Part shown: positions 30,364 through 40,721 of the stretch, piece after piece
Numbering within the stretch: position 1 is the first letter of the stretch
Layout: each line of letters starts with the position of its first letter
From: Acidimicrobiia bacterium
Lineage (GTDB): Bacteria > Actinomycetota > Acidimicrobiia > Spongiisociales > ZC4RG35
Assembly: GCA_965261135.1 (NCBI GenBank)
Contig: OZ253443.1
Span: 1,424,521 to 1,488,520, forward strand
DNA: 64,000 bases
Reading direction: 5' to 3'
Translations under genes and position numbers: made by a program
Notes under the pieces: generated by a model
Seen by the model: only the letters and a program-made list of their open reading frames with translations
Databases searched by the model: none
What the model was told of the DNA's origin: nothing

Positions 30364-31436
30364 GTTTTCCTGGAGCTGGAGGTCGGGATGTCAAAAACGA
30401 TCCCCGAACCTGGACTGCTCCCGCTCAAACTAGAAGCTCTCCCACCCGAAGGACTCGCCATCGAGCGATGGGACAACAACCGATCAAATCCTGCCGCGAT
30501 CACCGTAACCTGCATTTCCTCACCCAACCCATCGTTGATGATGGCCCCGAATATTATGTTGGCGTCGTCGGAGGCCAACTCGGTTATGGTCTCGGCAGCC
30601 TCATGGGCCTCGTGAAGGGTCATATCACGGGAGCCTGCCACCGACAACAGTATCCCCGATGCCCCTTCCATGCTGATCTCCAGGAGAGGGCTGGAAATAG
30701 CCCGCTTGGCGGCCTGCAGGGCGCGGTCTTCTCCGCGAGCCCTTCCCACTCCCAACACCGCGGATCCTCCGTCGGCCATCACCGTCTTGACATCGGCGAA
30801 GTCGACATTGATCAGACCGGTGGTGTTGATCATGTTGGTGATCCCCGACACTCCGTCCATCAGCACCTCGTCGGCCAACCTGAAAGTGTCATTGATGGGC
30901 GCGGAGGGATCCGCAACTTCCAGCAGACGATCATTGGGGACCACCACCAGGGTATCCACCTGCTCCCGGAGTTCGCTGATTCCCTTCTCGGCGACCGTCG
31001 ACCGAACCCGGCCCTCGAATCCGAACGGTCGGGTAACTATCCCGATGGTCAAAGCGCCCAGGTTGCGGGCCGCCTCAGCCACCACCGGGGCTGCCCCGGT
31101 TCCGGTACCGCCTCCCTCGCCGCAGGTTACGAACACCATGTCGGCTCCGCGCAACATGTCCTCTATCTCGTCGCGATGCGCCTCGGCGGCCTTGCGGCCC
31201 ACGTCGGGATCGGCCCCCGCTCCCAGGCCCTTGGTCAACTCCCCCCCAATCTCCAACTTGACCATGGCGTCTGAGGCCATCAGGGACTGGGCATCGGTGT
31301 TCAGCACCACGAATTCCACCCCCTGCAATCCCGCTTCGATCATCCGGTTTATCGCGTTGACTCCCGCTCCGCCCACTCCGATCACTTTCAACACCGCCAC
31401 ATAGGCGCTGGCCGGCTCCCAAATGATGTCTTGCAT
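30360..31436 (-). CDS. ftsZ: Cell division GTPase FtsZ
   Basis: IKVIGVGGAGVNAINRM, the GGGTGTGAAPV tubulin signature and NTDAQSL. Confidence 0.95.
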   Translation of the reverse strand: MQDIIWEPASAYVAVLKVIGVGGAGVNAINRMIEAGLQGVEFVVLNTDAQSLMASDAMVKLEIGGELTKGLGAGADPDVGRKAAEAHRDEIEDMLRGADMVFVTCGEGGGTGTGAAPVVAEAARNLGALTIGIVTRPFGFEGRVRSTVAEKGISELREQVDTLVVVPNDRLLEVADPSAPINDTFRLADEVLMDGVSGITNMINTTGLINVDFADVKTVMADGGSAVLGVGRARGEDRALQAAKRAISSPLLEISMEGASGILLSVAGSRDMTLHEAHEAAETITELASDDANIIFGAIINDGLGEEMQVTVIAAGFDRLLSHRSMASPSGGRASSLSGSSPGSGIVFDIPTSSSRKT

Positions 31437-31544
31437 TGGCTTGCCCCTTTATAGGAAAAATTAAGGTTCAACCAGAAGGTTGATGGATAAAAATATAAAA
31501 GTCAAATTAAGAATATAACCTTCAACTAGAGGATGAATAAGGCG

Positions 31545-32390
31545 TTAACCTGCCGTGTCGCGATAGACAGCTGGACGGAGGGGTGAGAACAGATTGATAA
31601 TCGAGCCGGGGTCGGTGTAGTCATCTATCAGCACTACCAACACGTTGGCCTTTTCGTCCAGATCGGCGGCCCTCCCCAGCCTGACAATCCGCTTCGCCAC
31701 CTCGGCGGTGACCTGTTGGCCATGGATTTCTACTACCGCGCCCAGACGAAGATCGGGCCGCAAATCCTCCACAAAGCTCAGTGCCGGCCCGATCCAGGGA
31801 TTGGAGAGATCCAAAACCGCACCGGCCAATCCGGTGATACGGGGCATTACTTGCTCCGGCTCCACCTCAAGCACCACACCGTCGAGCGAAAGTGCCCGCC
31901 ATCCCTTACCTGTAAGCACCCATGCCACCGGATATCGTTCCTCCACGGTTATCCACACCGTATTGGGCCACTCCTTTTGCACCTCGACCGCTGCTACCCA
32001 CGGGTCCGAAAGCACCGCTTCCCGCACCGATTCGGTTTCCACAGAAAACATCGGGATACCTTCGATGAGTCCTCCGCTCAAAGCCCTTTCCGAAGCGGTA
32101 GAAATGACCTCTCCGCTCACCACCACCTCCCGTACCGCCAGATAGGGAGTATGGAGCAGCCATATCCCCAATCCCACCACCGCCATCACCGACAGCAGCC
32201 AAATAGCCCGTTTGAATGCTCGGCGTTCCTCTTTTTCGCGAACTTTTTGCGCTCGCTCCGCTATGCGGGGATCGACCGCCGTCACAGCCCGCACCTTTTT
32301 TCTTCTCTTGACCGAAAGAGCGGACAAACGCTCCTTCCACCGATCTCTCTGGACCGCTTCGCCCTGTTCTGTCAGATCCTTTCCTTTCAA
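31545..32390 (-). CDS. ftsQ: Cell division protein FtsQ/DivIB (POTRA domain)
   Basis: Single TM segment followed by POTRA-like VREVVVSGEVISTASERAL; lies between murB and ftsZ. Confidence 0.75.
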   Translation of the reverse strand: MKGKDLTEQGEAVQRDRWKERLSALSVKRRKKVRAVTAVDPRIAERAQKVREKEERRAFKRAIWLLSVMAVVGLGIWLLHTPYLAVREVVVSGEVISTASERALSGGLIEGIPMFSVETESVREAVLSDPWVAAVEVQKEWPNTVWITVEERYPVAWVLTGKGWRALSLDGVVLEVEPEQVMPRITGLAGAVLDLSNPWIGPALSFVEDLRPDLRLGAVVEIHGQQVTAEVAKRIVRLGRAADLDEKANVLVVLIDDYTDPGSIINLFSPLRPAVYRDTAG

Positions 32391-33298
32391 ACCGTCACCT
32401 CCCCGGTGAAGAACCCCACGAATCTCACTTCCGGTTCCAAGTCGACTCCGGTCTTGGTCCGCACCTGCCGACGCACTTCGGTCACCAGCCGGCGAACATC
32501 CTCGGCCGTGGCGTGGGCGCCGGCCACGAAGAAGTTGGCGTGCTTTTCGGAGACCGAGACATCTCCAATCCGCATCCCTTTCAGACCCAGGGCGTCTATC
32601 AGTCGCCCGGCCGCGTCGCCCGGGGGATTTTTGAACACGCTTCCCGCGTTGAGGGTTCCTCCCGGCTGATGGATGCGACGCCAGCGGGTGATCTGCCGGA
32701 TCTGCTCCAACCCCTTCGCCGGTTCACCCGATGTGAACCGGAACCACGCTCTGGTGATCACCTGGGAAGGCTTCACTGCCGAGCCTCTGTACCGAAGGCA
32801 CAGTGATTCGGGAGCGGCAAGGTACAACTCCCCGGTGTCGAGATCGAAAATCTCCACTTCTTCCAAAACATCCACCATCTCGGTTCCATGACAACCGGCG
32901 TTTTGGTAAACACCCCCGCCCACCGTCCCGGGAATGCCCACCATGAACTCGAGTCCCAGCCGACCCTCCCCAACCGCTGAGCGGGCCAACCGGGGAAGTC
33001 CCACTCCCCCTCCGGCCTCTACCCGGTCAGCCGGATGCCGGATAGAAAGAAAATCTCCCACCAGCCGGATCACCAACCCCTCATACCCTTCATCGGAGAT
33101 GATCACATTGCTGCCCTTGCCCAGCACCAGCACATCTCCGCAGCCGCTCCATGCGCCCGCCAATGCCGAGAGGTGCGCGTACTCACCGACCTCGGCATAC
33201 CAACAGGCCGCGCCGCCCAGCTTGTAGGTGGTGAGGGCGTCCAACCGCACCTCCGTGCGCACCAGGCCCTGATCGATCAGATCCTGCCAGTCACTCAT
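32387..33298 (-). CDS. murB: UDP-N-acetylenolpyruvoylglucosamine reductase
   Basis: FAD-binding N-domain (TTYKLGGAACWYAEV...VLVLGKGSNVI) and MurB C-domain (NAGSVFKNP). Confidence 0.85.
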   Translation of the reverse strand: MSDWQDLIDQGLVRTEVRLDALTTYKLGGAACWYAEVGEYAHLSALAGAWSGCGDVLVLGKGSNVIISDEGYEGLVIRLVGDFLSIRHPADRVEAGGGVGLPRLARSAVGEGRLGLEFMVGIPGTVGGGVYQNAGCHGTEMVDVLEEVEIFDLDTGELYLAAPESLCLRYRGSAVKPSQVITRAWFRFTSGEPAKGLEQIRQITRWRRIHQPGGTLNAGSVFKNPPGDAAGRLIDALGLKGMRIGDVSVSEKHANFFVAGAHATAEDVRRLVTEVRRQVRTKTGVDLEPEVRFVGFFTGEVTV

Positions 33299-34670
33299 GA
33301 CTCTCCTCCTCTTCGGCCAGGAGCGATAGCAGTTCGGTGGGAACAATCGTTATGTCGCCCGCCCCCATGGCCACCACCAAATCGCCCTCCTCCAACCGGG
33401 GAGCGACGCTTTCCGCCACCTCGGAGCGGTGGGGGAAGTACTCCACGGCTCTCCCTCCGGCGCGGCGGGCGGCGGCCGCCACCAGTTCTCCGGTTACGCC
33501 GGGCCGGGGTTCTTCCCGGGCGCCGTAGACATCGGTCACCACCACCCGGTCGGCCAGGGAAAGCGCCGCTCCCAACCCGGTGAACATCTGGGCGGTCCGC
33601 GAATACAGGTGCGGCTGGAAAATCGCCCAGACCCGCCGATGTCCCGACCCAAGGGCGGCCCGGAGGGTAGCGGCGATCTCGGAGGGATGATGGGCATAGT
33701 CGTCGATGACGGTCACCCCTCTCACCAACCCGCGGTGCTCATAGCGGCGGCGCACCCCGCGATAGCGGAAGACGCCTTCCACGGCCCGGTCGAGGTCGAG
33801 ACCCATCTCCCCGCACAAGGCCAAGACCCCCGCCGCGTTGCGAGCCATATGGACGCCGGGAAAGGGAACCCATACCTTCCAGGACGACCCGGCGCCGACC
33901 AGCCGGAAAGAGACCCGGCCGGCCTCCTCGGACAGATCGGTGATCCTCCAGTGGGCATCGTCGGACAACCCGAATCCCAATAGGCCCGCCCGCTCCGCCA
34001 CCCGGCGGGCGCCCGGATCGTCGATACCCGCCACCACCGGGCCTTCCACTCCCCGTGCGACCCGGACGAAGCTCGATTCCAGGTTGTCCACCGTGTCGAA
34101 GTGATCCAGATGTTCGGCCTCCACATTGGTGATCACCAATCCCCTCAGGTTGACCTGTTCAAAAGTGCGAAAGGCCTCGTCCACCTCCAGCACCAGCCAC
34201 GGATCCGCGCCGCGGGCGGCGTTGGTTCCCAAACCGATGATATTTTCGCCCACCATGAAGCTGGGGTTCTCACCGGCCGCCCGGGCGGCTTCCACCAACA
34301 TGGCCGCCGAAGAGGTCTTGCCATGAGTGCCGGTGGGACCCACGGTGGCCACATCGGCGCTCATGGCCGCCAACAGCCGGGGACGCCGCCACACCTCCAC
34401 CCCCGCCCGGCGGGCGGCCAGCACCTCGGGGTCCTGATCGGGAACCGCCGAGGAGATCACCATCAGTTCGGCTTGGGCCACCCGCTCCGGACGGTGTCCC
34501 GACCAAACCTCCACCCCTATTTCGGAAAGAGCGTCCAACCGGGAGGAGCGGCGGATGTCCGATCCGGTTATCGTCTTGCCCGATTCGGCCAGCAGCTTGG
34601 CGAGGCCGCTCATCCCCGCTCCCCCCACCCCCACTATGTGGATCCTCTTGCGTCCATCCAGATCAAACAA
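33291..34670 (-). CDS. murC: UDP-N-acetylmuramate--L-alanine ligase
   Basis: Starts IHIVGVGGAGMSGLA...GSDI; Mur ligase fold GTHGKTSSA. Confidence 0.9.
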   Translation of the reverse strand: MFDLDGRKRIHIVGVGGAGMSGLAKLLAESGKTITGSDIRRSSRLDALSEIGVEVWSGHRPERVAQAELMVISSAVPDQDPEVLAARRAGVEVWRRPRLLAAMSADVATVGPTGTHGKTSSAAMLVEAARAAGENPSFMVGENIIGLGTNAARGADPWLVLEVDEAFRTFEQVNLRGLVITNVEAEHLDHFDTVDNLESSFVRVARGVEGPVVAGIDDPGARRVAERAGLLGFGLSDDAHWRITDLSEEAGRVSFRLVGAGSSWKVWVPFPGVHMARNAAGVLALCGEMGLDLDRAVEGVFRYRGVRRRYEHRGLVRGVTVIDDYAHHPSEIAATLRAALGSGHRRVWAIFQPHLYSRTAQMFTGLGAALSLADRVVVTDVYGAREEPRPGVTGELVAAAARRAGGRAVEYFPHRSEVAESVAPRLEEGDLVVAMGAGDITIVPTELLSLLAEEEESHE

Positions 34671-35742
34671 GCGCCCGCCTCATTTCCCCGGCTATTCGAT
34701 CCGCCGCCCGGGGGCGCGAAATCGTCTTGGCGGCCTGGGCCATCCGACGCCGGCGGGCCGGGTCGGCCAACAACCGCGCCACCAGCGCGCCCAGCCCCTC
34801 AAGCTCCGCTTCGGGCAGCGTCACCGCCGCATCCGCCTCTTCCAGAACCGCGGCGTTGGCCGCCTGGTGGCTGGCCGAGCCGAATTCCCCTGGTATCAGC
34901 ACGGAGGGCAATCCGGCGACGGTGAGTTCGGCCACCCCACCGCCGGCGCGGGCCACCACCAGATCGCATGCCGAATAGAAAAGATCCATCCGCTCTTCGA
35001 ATCCCACCACCCGCCATCGATGAACACTGGCGGCGGCCTGTCGGGCCATGTCCTCCAAATGAGGGGCGCCGGTCAGGTGAACCACCTGAACAGGTTCGGC
35101 TTTCCATCCCTCCAGCATCTCAAAAACCCCGCGGTTGATGGCCGCCGCTCCCAGGCTTCCTCCCATCACCCCCACCACGGGAAGCCCTTCCGCCAGGTCG
35201 TACCGGCGGTAGGCCTCCTTCCGCAGGGAATCCCGATCGAGGCGGGCGAGGTCGGCCCGGACCGGATTGCCCACCCATTCGGCTTTTTTCAACCCCGAGG
35301 TGTGGGGAAAGGAAGCAAAACTCCGAGCTGCCCACCGTTCCATGACCCGATTGGCCAGCCCCGCCGCGGCATTCTGCTCGGAGAGAAAGAACGGAATCCT
35401 CTCGGCGCGGGCCGCCCAACCCGCCGGCGCCGCCACATAGCCCCCGGTGGCCAACATCACCCCCACCCCCCGCTCCGCCAGCTCCCGGCGGATTCGCCGG
35501 ACGGCCCTCGACACATTGATCGGAATGGTGAGGTTGGCCAGGGTGATCCGCCTAGCCAGTCCCTGGAGTGGAACCGACAGGATGCTGAACCCGGCCCGGG
35601 GAACCGCCTCCGCTTCCAGGCGGTCCCCCCCGATGAACAAAACCTCCGAGCGGGCAACTCCCTGGGAAACCAGCGCCTCGGCGACCGCCAGAGCGGGATA
35701 GACGTGCCCGGCGGTCCCGGCGGCGGCGATGGCGAAGGTCAT
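34663..35742 (-). CDS. murG: UDP-GlcNAc:lipid I N-acetylglucosaminyltransferase (undecaprenyldiphospho-muramoylpentapeptide beta-N-acetylglucosaminyltransferase)
   Basis: N-terminus MTFAIAAAGTAGHVYPALAVAEAL and GT28 fold. Confidence 0.9.
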   Translation of the reverse strand: MTFAIAAAGTAGHVYPALAVAEALVSQGVARSEVLFIGGDRLEAEAVPRAGFSILSVPLQGLARRITLANLTIPINVSRAVRRIRRELAERGVGVMLATGGYVAAPAGWAARAERIPFFLSEQNAAAGLANRVMERWAARSFASFPHTSGLKKAEWVGNPVRADLARLDRDSLRKEAYRRYDLAEGLPVVGVMGGSLGAAAINRGVFEMLEGWKAEPVQVVHLTGAPHLEDMARQAAASVHRWRVVGFEERMDLFYSACDLVVARAGGGVAELTVAGLPSVLIPGEFGSASHQAANAAVLEEADAAVTLPEAELEGLGALVARLLADPARRRRMAQAAKTISRPRAADRIAGEMRRALV

Positions 35743-36911
35743 TTCCGCACGCCGACGGGATTGCGCCCCTGGCGCGCCACGTTAACCAGCACTCCCAGCG
35801 CCCCCATGGTCACCACCAGCGAGGAGACTCCGTAGGAGACGAAAGGAAGGGTGATGCCGGTGATGAGCATCCAGCCCAGCACTCCCCCCACGTTGATCAG
35901 TCCCTGAATGCCCAGCCAGGCAGTGATCCCCGCCGCCACCATCTGCCCGAAGTGGTCTGGCGCCCGACGGGCCACCCTCCAGCCCAACAGCGCCAGCACG
36001 ATGAACAGCGAGATCACGAACAGCCCGCCCACCAGTCCGATCTCCTCGCCGATGATGGCGAAGATGAAGTCGGTGTGGGCGTTGGGAAGATAGAACCAGC
36101 GAGCCCGGCTGTTCCCGGGGCCCACCCCCCACAGCCCTCCCGTCCCCAACGCCACCCAGGATTGGATCAACTGATAGCCGGTGTCGGCGGCGTCCCCCCA
36201 CGGATCAAGGAATCCCTGCAGGCGATCCAGGCGGTAGGGAGCGATCACCACCAGGATTATGGAGACCACCAGGGCCACCGCCCCGGTTCCGAGTATGTAG
36301 CGCAGCGGCGCCCCGCCCACCCATAGCACCACAAAGGCGCATGCTGCGATGAGGAAGGTGGTTCCGAAGTCGGGCTGCTGGAGGAGCAGAAATCCCACGC
36401 TCCCCACCACCAGCAACACTGTGGACACGTAGCTCTTGGGGTCCTCGAAGATCCCTTTGCCCTTGCAGACTATCGAGGCCATCAACACGATCACCGCGAA
36501 CTTGGCCAACTCGGAAGGTTCGAAGCCAAGTGATCCGAACCGGAGCCACCGGGAGCTTCCTCCCACTTCCACTCCGACCATCAAAACCAAGAACAGCAGC
36601 ACCAAGGACGCCCCGAAAAGCGGGACGGCGTAGCGTTGATACAACTGATAGGGCACCCGGGAAGTCACCAGCATCACCGCCGTTCCCAATCCGACCCCCA
36701 GCAGCTGGCGGACGAAGAAGTGGTATTGCCCGTATTCCCAGTTGATCCCCACCGTGGAGGAGGCCGAGATGGTGGCGCCCAGCCCGATGACCACCAAGGT
36801 GAAAACCACCGCGCCGAACAAAAGAATGATCTGGGTGTTAGTCCGGTACCGGAACTCGGATTGAATCCTCTCGGTTCGAGCCCGGTAGATGGTGGTTACG
36901 TCGGAAGCCAT
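35739..36911 (-). CDS. ftsW: FtsW/RodA (SEDS family) peptidoglycan glycosyltransferase
   Basis: 10-TMS SEDS protein (QPDFGT, LGWM). Start taken at the internal MASDVTT (ATGA overlap with murD). Confidence 0.9.
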   Translation of the reverse strand: MASDVTTIYRARTERIQSEFRYRTNTQIILLFGAVVFTLVVIGLGATISASSTVGINWEYGQYHFFVRQLLGVGLGTAVMLVTSRVPYQLYQRYAVPLFGASLVLLFLVLMVGVEVGGSSRWLRFGSLGFEPSELAKFAVIVLMASIVCKGKGIFEDPKSYVSTVLLVVGSVGFLLLQQPDFGTTFLIAACAFVVLWVGGAPLRYILGTGAVALVVSIILVVIAPYRLDRLQGFLDPWGDAADTGYQLIQSWVALGTGGLWGVGPGNSRARWFYLPNAHTDFIFAIIGEEIGLVGGLFVISLFIVLALLGWRVARRAPDHFGQMVAAGITAWLGIQGLINVGGVLGWMLITGITLPFVSYGVSSLVVTMGALGVLVNVARQGRNPVGVRK

Positions 36912-38203
36912 CAGATCCTTTCCCGACTCCGCACCAGATCGGAAACGACCTGGCCGAATCGCTCGCCGCGGGCTTGATAGGAGTCGAACTGGTCGAAAGA
37001 GGCGCAACCGGGCGCCAGCAGCACCACATCCTGGGGACGGGCCAGGCCGAAAGCCGTCTCCACCGCCTCATCCAGGGAGTCGGCGGGAGTAACCCGTCCG
37101 GGAGGAGCGGCCTCCACCAGCTCACCGGAAGCCTCCCCGATCGAGACCAGGGCCCGCACCGGAGCGGCGGTGGTGAGCGGAGACAGATCGAGGCCCTTGT
37201 TGAGACCGCCCGCGATCAACACCACCGATCCGAAGGAGTTGATGGACGCCAGGGCGGCGTGGGGGTTGGTGGCTTTCGAGTCGTCCACAAACCGCACACC
37301 GTCGAGTTCGCCCACCACCCGGCGACGATGGGGACCGGGCCGAAAGCCTCGGATCGCCCCTTCCAGGGCGGCGTCGGTGGCGCCCCAGATCCGGGCCGCC
37401 GAAGCGGAAATCAACAGGTCCACCAGATAGGAAGGATCCCGCACCGCCAACTCCCCTACGGGGATGCGCAAGTCCCCGATCACCAGAACAGCGCCATCCA
37501 ATCCACTCGACACCGTCACTCCCAAGAGGCGGCTGGAAGCGCCCCTCACCGCCCGTCGGGCGCCGGGGTCATCGGCGTCGAAAATCAAAGTGTCGCTCTC
37601 GCGCTGGGTGGAGTGGATGCGGGCCTTGGCGGCCAGATAGCGATCCATCGTCCCGTGCCAGTCCAGATGATCCGCAGCGACATTGACAATCACCGCTATG
37701 CGGGGCGAAAGCGTCTCCGTGAAGCGCAACTGGAAGCTGGAGAGCTCCACCACCGCCCTATCCGCATCCTTTCCCACCAGGTCCGAAAGCGGGGACCCGA
37801 TGTTGCCCACCACCGGAATCTCCATCCCCGAACGCGACAGCATCTCACCGGTCAGCCGCGCCACCGTGGTCTTACCGTTGGTGCCGGTGATGGCGGTCAT
37901 CTCCGTTCGAAGCTCGCGACAGGCCAACTCCACCTCGCTCCACACCGGCCTTCCCGCCGCCAGAGCGTCCCGGATGGGCGCCGATCCCTCTCCGAAACCG
38001 GGGCTGGTGACCACCAGGTCGCAGTCGGAGACCAGCTCCCGGCGCCAACGGCCGGTCACCGCCGTCCACTCCTCCCTTCCGTTGACAGGCGGTATCGCCT
38101 CGGGACGGGCGTCATAGATCTTGACCTTCCACCCCAATCCAACGCCGACCCGGGCAGCGGCCCGGCCCGAAACTCCCGCGCCCAGCACCAGACAACGTCT
38201 CAC
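36911..38203 (-). CDS. murD: UDP-N-acetylmuramoylalanine--D-glutamate ligase
   Basis: GTG start at VRRCLVLGAGVSGRAAA; Mur ligase motif ITGTNGKTTVA. The upstream extension is rejected. Confidence 0.85.
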   Translation of the reverse strand: MRRCLVLGAGVSGRAAARVGVGLGWKVKIYDARPEAIPPVNGREEWTAVTGRWRRELVSDCDLVVTSPGFGEGSAPIRDALAAGRPVWSEVELACRELRTEMTAITGTNGKTTVARLTGEMLSRSGMEIPVVGNIGSPLSDLVGKDADRAVVELSSFQLRFTETLSPRIAVIVNVAADHLDWHGTMDRYLAAKARIHSTQRESDTLIFDADDPGARRAVRGASSRLLGVTVSSGLDGAVLVIGDLRIPVGELAVRDPSYLVDLLISASAARIWGATDAALEGAIRGFRPGPHRRRVVGELDGVRFVDDSKATNPHAALASINSFGSVVLIAGGLNKGLDLSPLTTAAPVRALVSIGEASGELVEAAPPGRVTPADSLDEAVETAFGLARPQDVVLLAPGCASFDQFDSYQARGERFGQVVSDLVRSRERI

Positions 38204-39249
38204 AACAATCCCTCCAGCGCCAGGAAGTCCGCATAGAACAGCCCCAGGCCCAGCGTGACCCCGATCCCCGCCAGCATCCAGAACCGGATGACAACGGTGG
38301 GCTCCTCCCATCCGGCCAGGCTGAAGTGGTGGTGAAAAGGCGCCATTCGAAACACCCTGCGGCCGGTGGTCTTGAAGCTGGCCACTTGGATGATCACCGA
38401 GAACGTCTCCGCCACAAACAGCCCCCCAATAACTATCAGCAACAGCTGAGTGTTGGTGAGCACCGCCAAGGCCGCCAAAAGGCCTCCGATGGCGTGGGAT
38501 CCGACATCTCCCATAATCACTTTGGCGGGGGGAGCGTTCCACCACAGGAACCCCAGCAGAGCTCCGGCCATCGCCGCCGACATGGTGGCCAGCGCCAAGG
38601 GATCGACTGCCGTGTAGATGTCAGAGTGCCGAACCTGCCAGAAAGCAATGACTATGTAAGCGCCGAACATGAGCACCGCAGATCCGCCGGCCAGTCCGTC
38701 CATACCGTCGGCCAGGTTGGCGCCGTTGGCGGCGCCGGTCAGCATCACCAGCACCAAAACAGTGAACAGCGCACCCAGTTCTATGCCGAGCGGACGGGTG
38801 AAAGAAAGCTCGGTGACCACGCCCGATCCCCGGGCGCCCCACACGAACAGAGCTGCCACTGCGACTTGTCCCCCGAATTTGGCAGCCTTGCTCAGACCCA
38901 GCGAGCGGCGGTTGCGGGCCTTGACCAAGTCATCCAAGAACCCGATAGTGGCCATCCCCAATAGGGCCACCAGGCACAGCGCTCCCCCGATGGGAATCGC
39001 AGTGAAATTCACCGCTAACCCGTCGGAGAAATCCAGACGCACGTAGGTGAGCAGATAGGCGATTGCCGCCGCGCTCACAAACAGCAACCCACCCATGGTG
39101 GGGGTTCCCAGTTTGTGGCCGTGGGCGCCCCAGATCTCTTCTTGAATGAAATCTCCGATTTTCAGTCGGCGCAGTACTTTGATTCCGTAGTAGGTGAGAA
39201 CAATGGAGAGCACAAACCCCACCGACGATCCCACCAGCAGGTTGATCAT
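38200..39249 (-). CDS. mraY: Phospho-N-acetylmuramoyl-pentapeptide-transferase
   Basis: Multi-TMS protein with DDxxD-like GFLDDL, NAPPAKVIMGDVGS and HHHFSLAGW. Confidence 0.9.
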   Translation of the reverse strand: MINLLVGSSVGFVLSIVLTYYGIKVLRRLKIGDFIQEEIWGAHGHKLGTPTMGGLLFVSAAAIAYLLTYVRLDFSDGLAVNFTAIPIGGALCLVALLGMATIGFLDDLVKARNRRSLGLSKAAKFGGQVAVAALFVWGARGSGVVTELSFTRPLGIELGALFTVLVLVMLTGAANGANLADGMDGLAGGSAVLMFGAYIVIAFWQVRHSDIYTAVDPLALATMSAAMAGALLGFLWWNAPPAKVIMGDVGSHAIGGLLAALAVLTNTQLLLIVIGGLFVAETFSVIIQVASFKTTGRRVFRMAPFHHHFSLAGWEEPTVVIRFWMLAGIGVTLGLGLFYADFLALEGLL

Positions 39250-40721
39250 TCTCTCACCTCACCGGCAGCCCCGTTCACCCCAGCCAGCGCCTCTCGGGCG
39301 CACTGACGGTCATCAAAGGGAATCCGCTCGCCGTCTACTTCCTGGTGCTGCTCGTGCCCCTTGCCGAGGATCAGGACCGCGTCTCCGGGCCGAGCCCACC
39401 CCACGGCCCCATGGATTGCCCGTTCCCGATCCGCCTCCACCATGAATTTTCTCCCTTCCAATCCGGCCGCGAGATCGGCCAGTATTGCCTCGGGATCCTC
39501 CGAGCGCGGATTGTCGGAGGTGAGCATCACGCAATCGGCGGCGGCCACCGCCCTGGCCATCTCGATTCTCTTACTGCGGTCCCGGTCGCCTCCCGCTCCG
39601 ATCACCGCGATCACCCGACCTCGGGCCGCGGACCGCGTCGCTCCGATCACCGCCCCGATCGCCCCGGGGGTGTGGGCGTAGTCGACCACCACCGCGGCCG
39701 GCGTCTCGGCCACCAACTCGAAGCGGCCCTCCACCTGTGGCAGGGCGGCAATCCCCGAGGAGACCTCCCGGGGTGAAAATCCCATCCGAAGGGCCACAGC
39801 CGCCGCCAGCAGGGAGTTTTGCCCGTTGTGGCGCCCCCCGATGGGCGCCTCCAGTGTCATGGTCGTCCCTCCGGTGTGGCACTCCATCACCACCTGTGAC
39901 AGGCCCTGGCTCACCATCTCCCCTCTCACGTCGGCCTCCGGTCCGGTTCCGACCGTAGTAACGGGAATCTCGACACGGTCCGCCAGTCTGCGGCCCCACT
40001 CGTCGTCGATCCACACCACTCCCGCCTCCGAGAGCGACCCCGAAAAGAGGCGCTCCTTGCTCAGGTAGTAATCCTCCTGACTCCCGTGGAAGTCGAGGTG
40101 GTCGTGTCCCAGGTTGGTGAAGACCGCCAACTCGAAGCGGAGATGATCCACCCTTCCCAGCGCCAAGCCGTGGGAGGAGACCTCTATCAAAGCCGTTTCC
40201 ACCCCCTCGGTGCGCATTATCGCCAACTGTCGCTGCAGGTCGGACGCCTCCGGGGTGGTGAGGTGGGTGGGAAGGACCCGCTCTGCGATCCGGGCCCCCA
40301 GGGTCCCGACCACCCCGGTGCGTTCTCCGGCGGCGCGGGCCACCGATTCGATCATGTGCACCACGGTGGTCTTCCCGTTGGTACCGGTGACGCCCACCAG
40401 CCGCAGGAACCGGGAGGGGTGTCCGTAAACCTCGGCGGCGGCCTGCGCCAGGGCCTCCCGGCTGTTTCGCACCACGATCTGGGGCGCCGGCTGGTCGAGC
40501 GGCCGTTCACAGATCACTGCTGCCGCGCCCCGGTCCAGGGCCTCCGCCACATGGTCATGACCGTCGGCGTTGGCGCCTCTCATCGCCACGAACAGATCGC
40601 CGCTCTGGACCAGGCGGCTGTCGTGGCTCACTCCCCGGAGCGGAGTGGAGGCCTCTCCCCGAAGGGTTGCCCCCAGGCAGCCGGCCAGCCTTCCGACCGT
40701 CATCTCAGGAAGAGGGCTCAC
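39246..40721 (-). CDS. murE: UDP-N-acetylmuramoyl-L-alanyl-D-glutamate--2,6-diaminopimelate ligase
   Basis: Mur ligase (VTGTNGKTTV) carrying the meso-DAP-specific DNPR motif (LTSDNPRSEDP). No murF-like ORF lies between it and mraY. Confidence 0.85.
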   Translation of the reverse strand: MSPLPEMTVGRLAGCLGATLRGEASTPLRGVSHDSRLVQSGDLFVAMRGANADGHDHVAEALDRGAAAVICERPLDQPAPQIVVRNSREALAQAAAEVYGHPSRFLRLVGVTGTNGKTTVVHMIESVARAAGERTGVVGTLGARIAERVLPTHLTTPEASDLQRQLAIMRTEGVETALIEVSSHGLALGRVDHLRFELAVFTNLGHDHLDFHGSQEDYYLSKERLFSGSLSEAGVVWIDDEWGRRLADRVEIPVTTVGTGPEADVRGEMVSQGLSQVVMECHTGGTTMTLEAPIGGRHNGQNSLLAAAVALRMGFSPREVSSGIAALPQVEGRFELVAETPAAVVVDYAHTPGAIGAVIGATRSAARGRVIAVIGAGGDRDRSKRIEMARAVAAADCVMLTSDNPRSEDPEAILADLAAGLEGRKFMVEADRERAIHGAVGWARPGDAVLILGKGHEQHQEVDGERIPFDDRQCAREALAGVNGAAGEVRE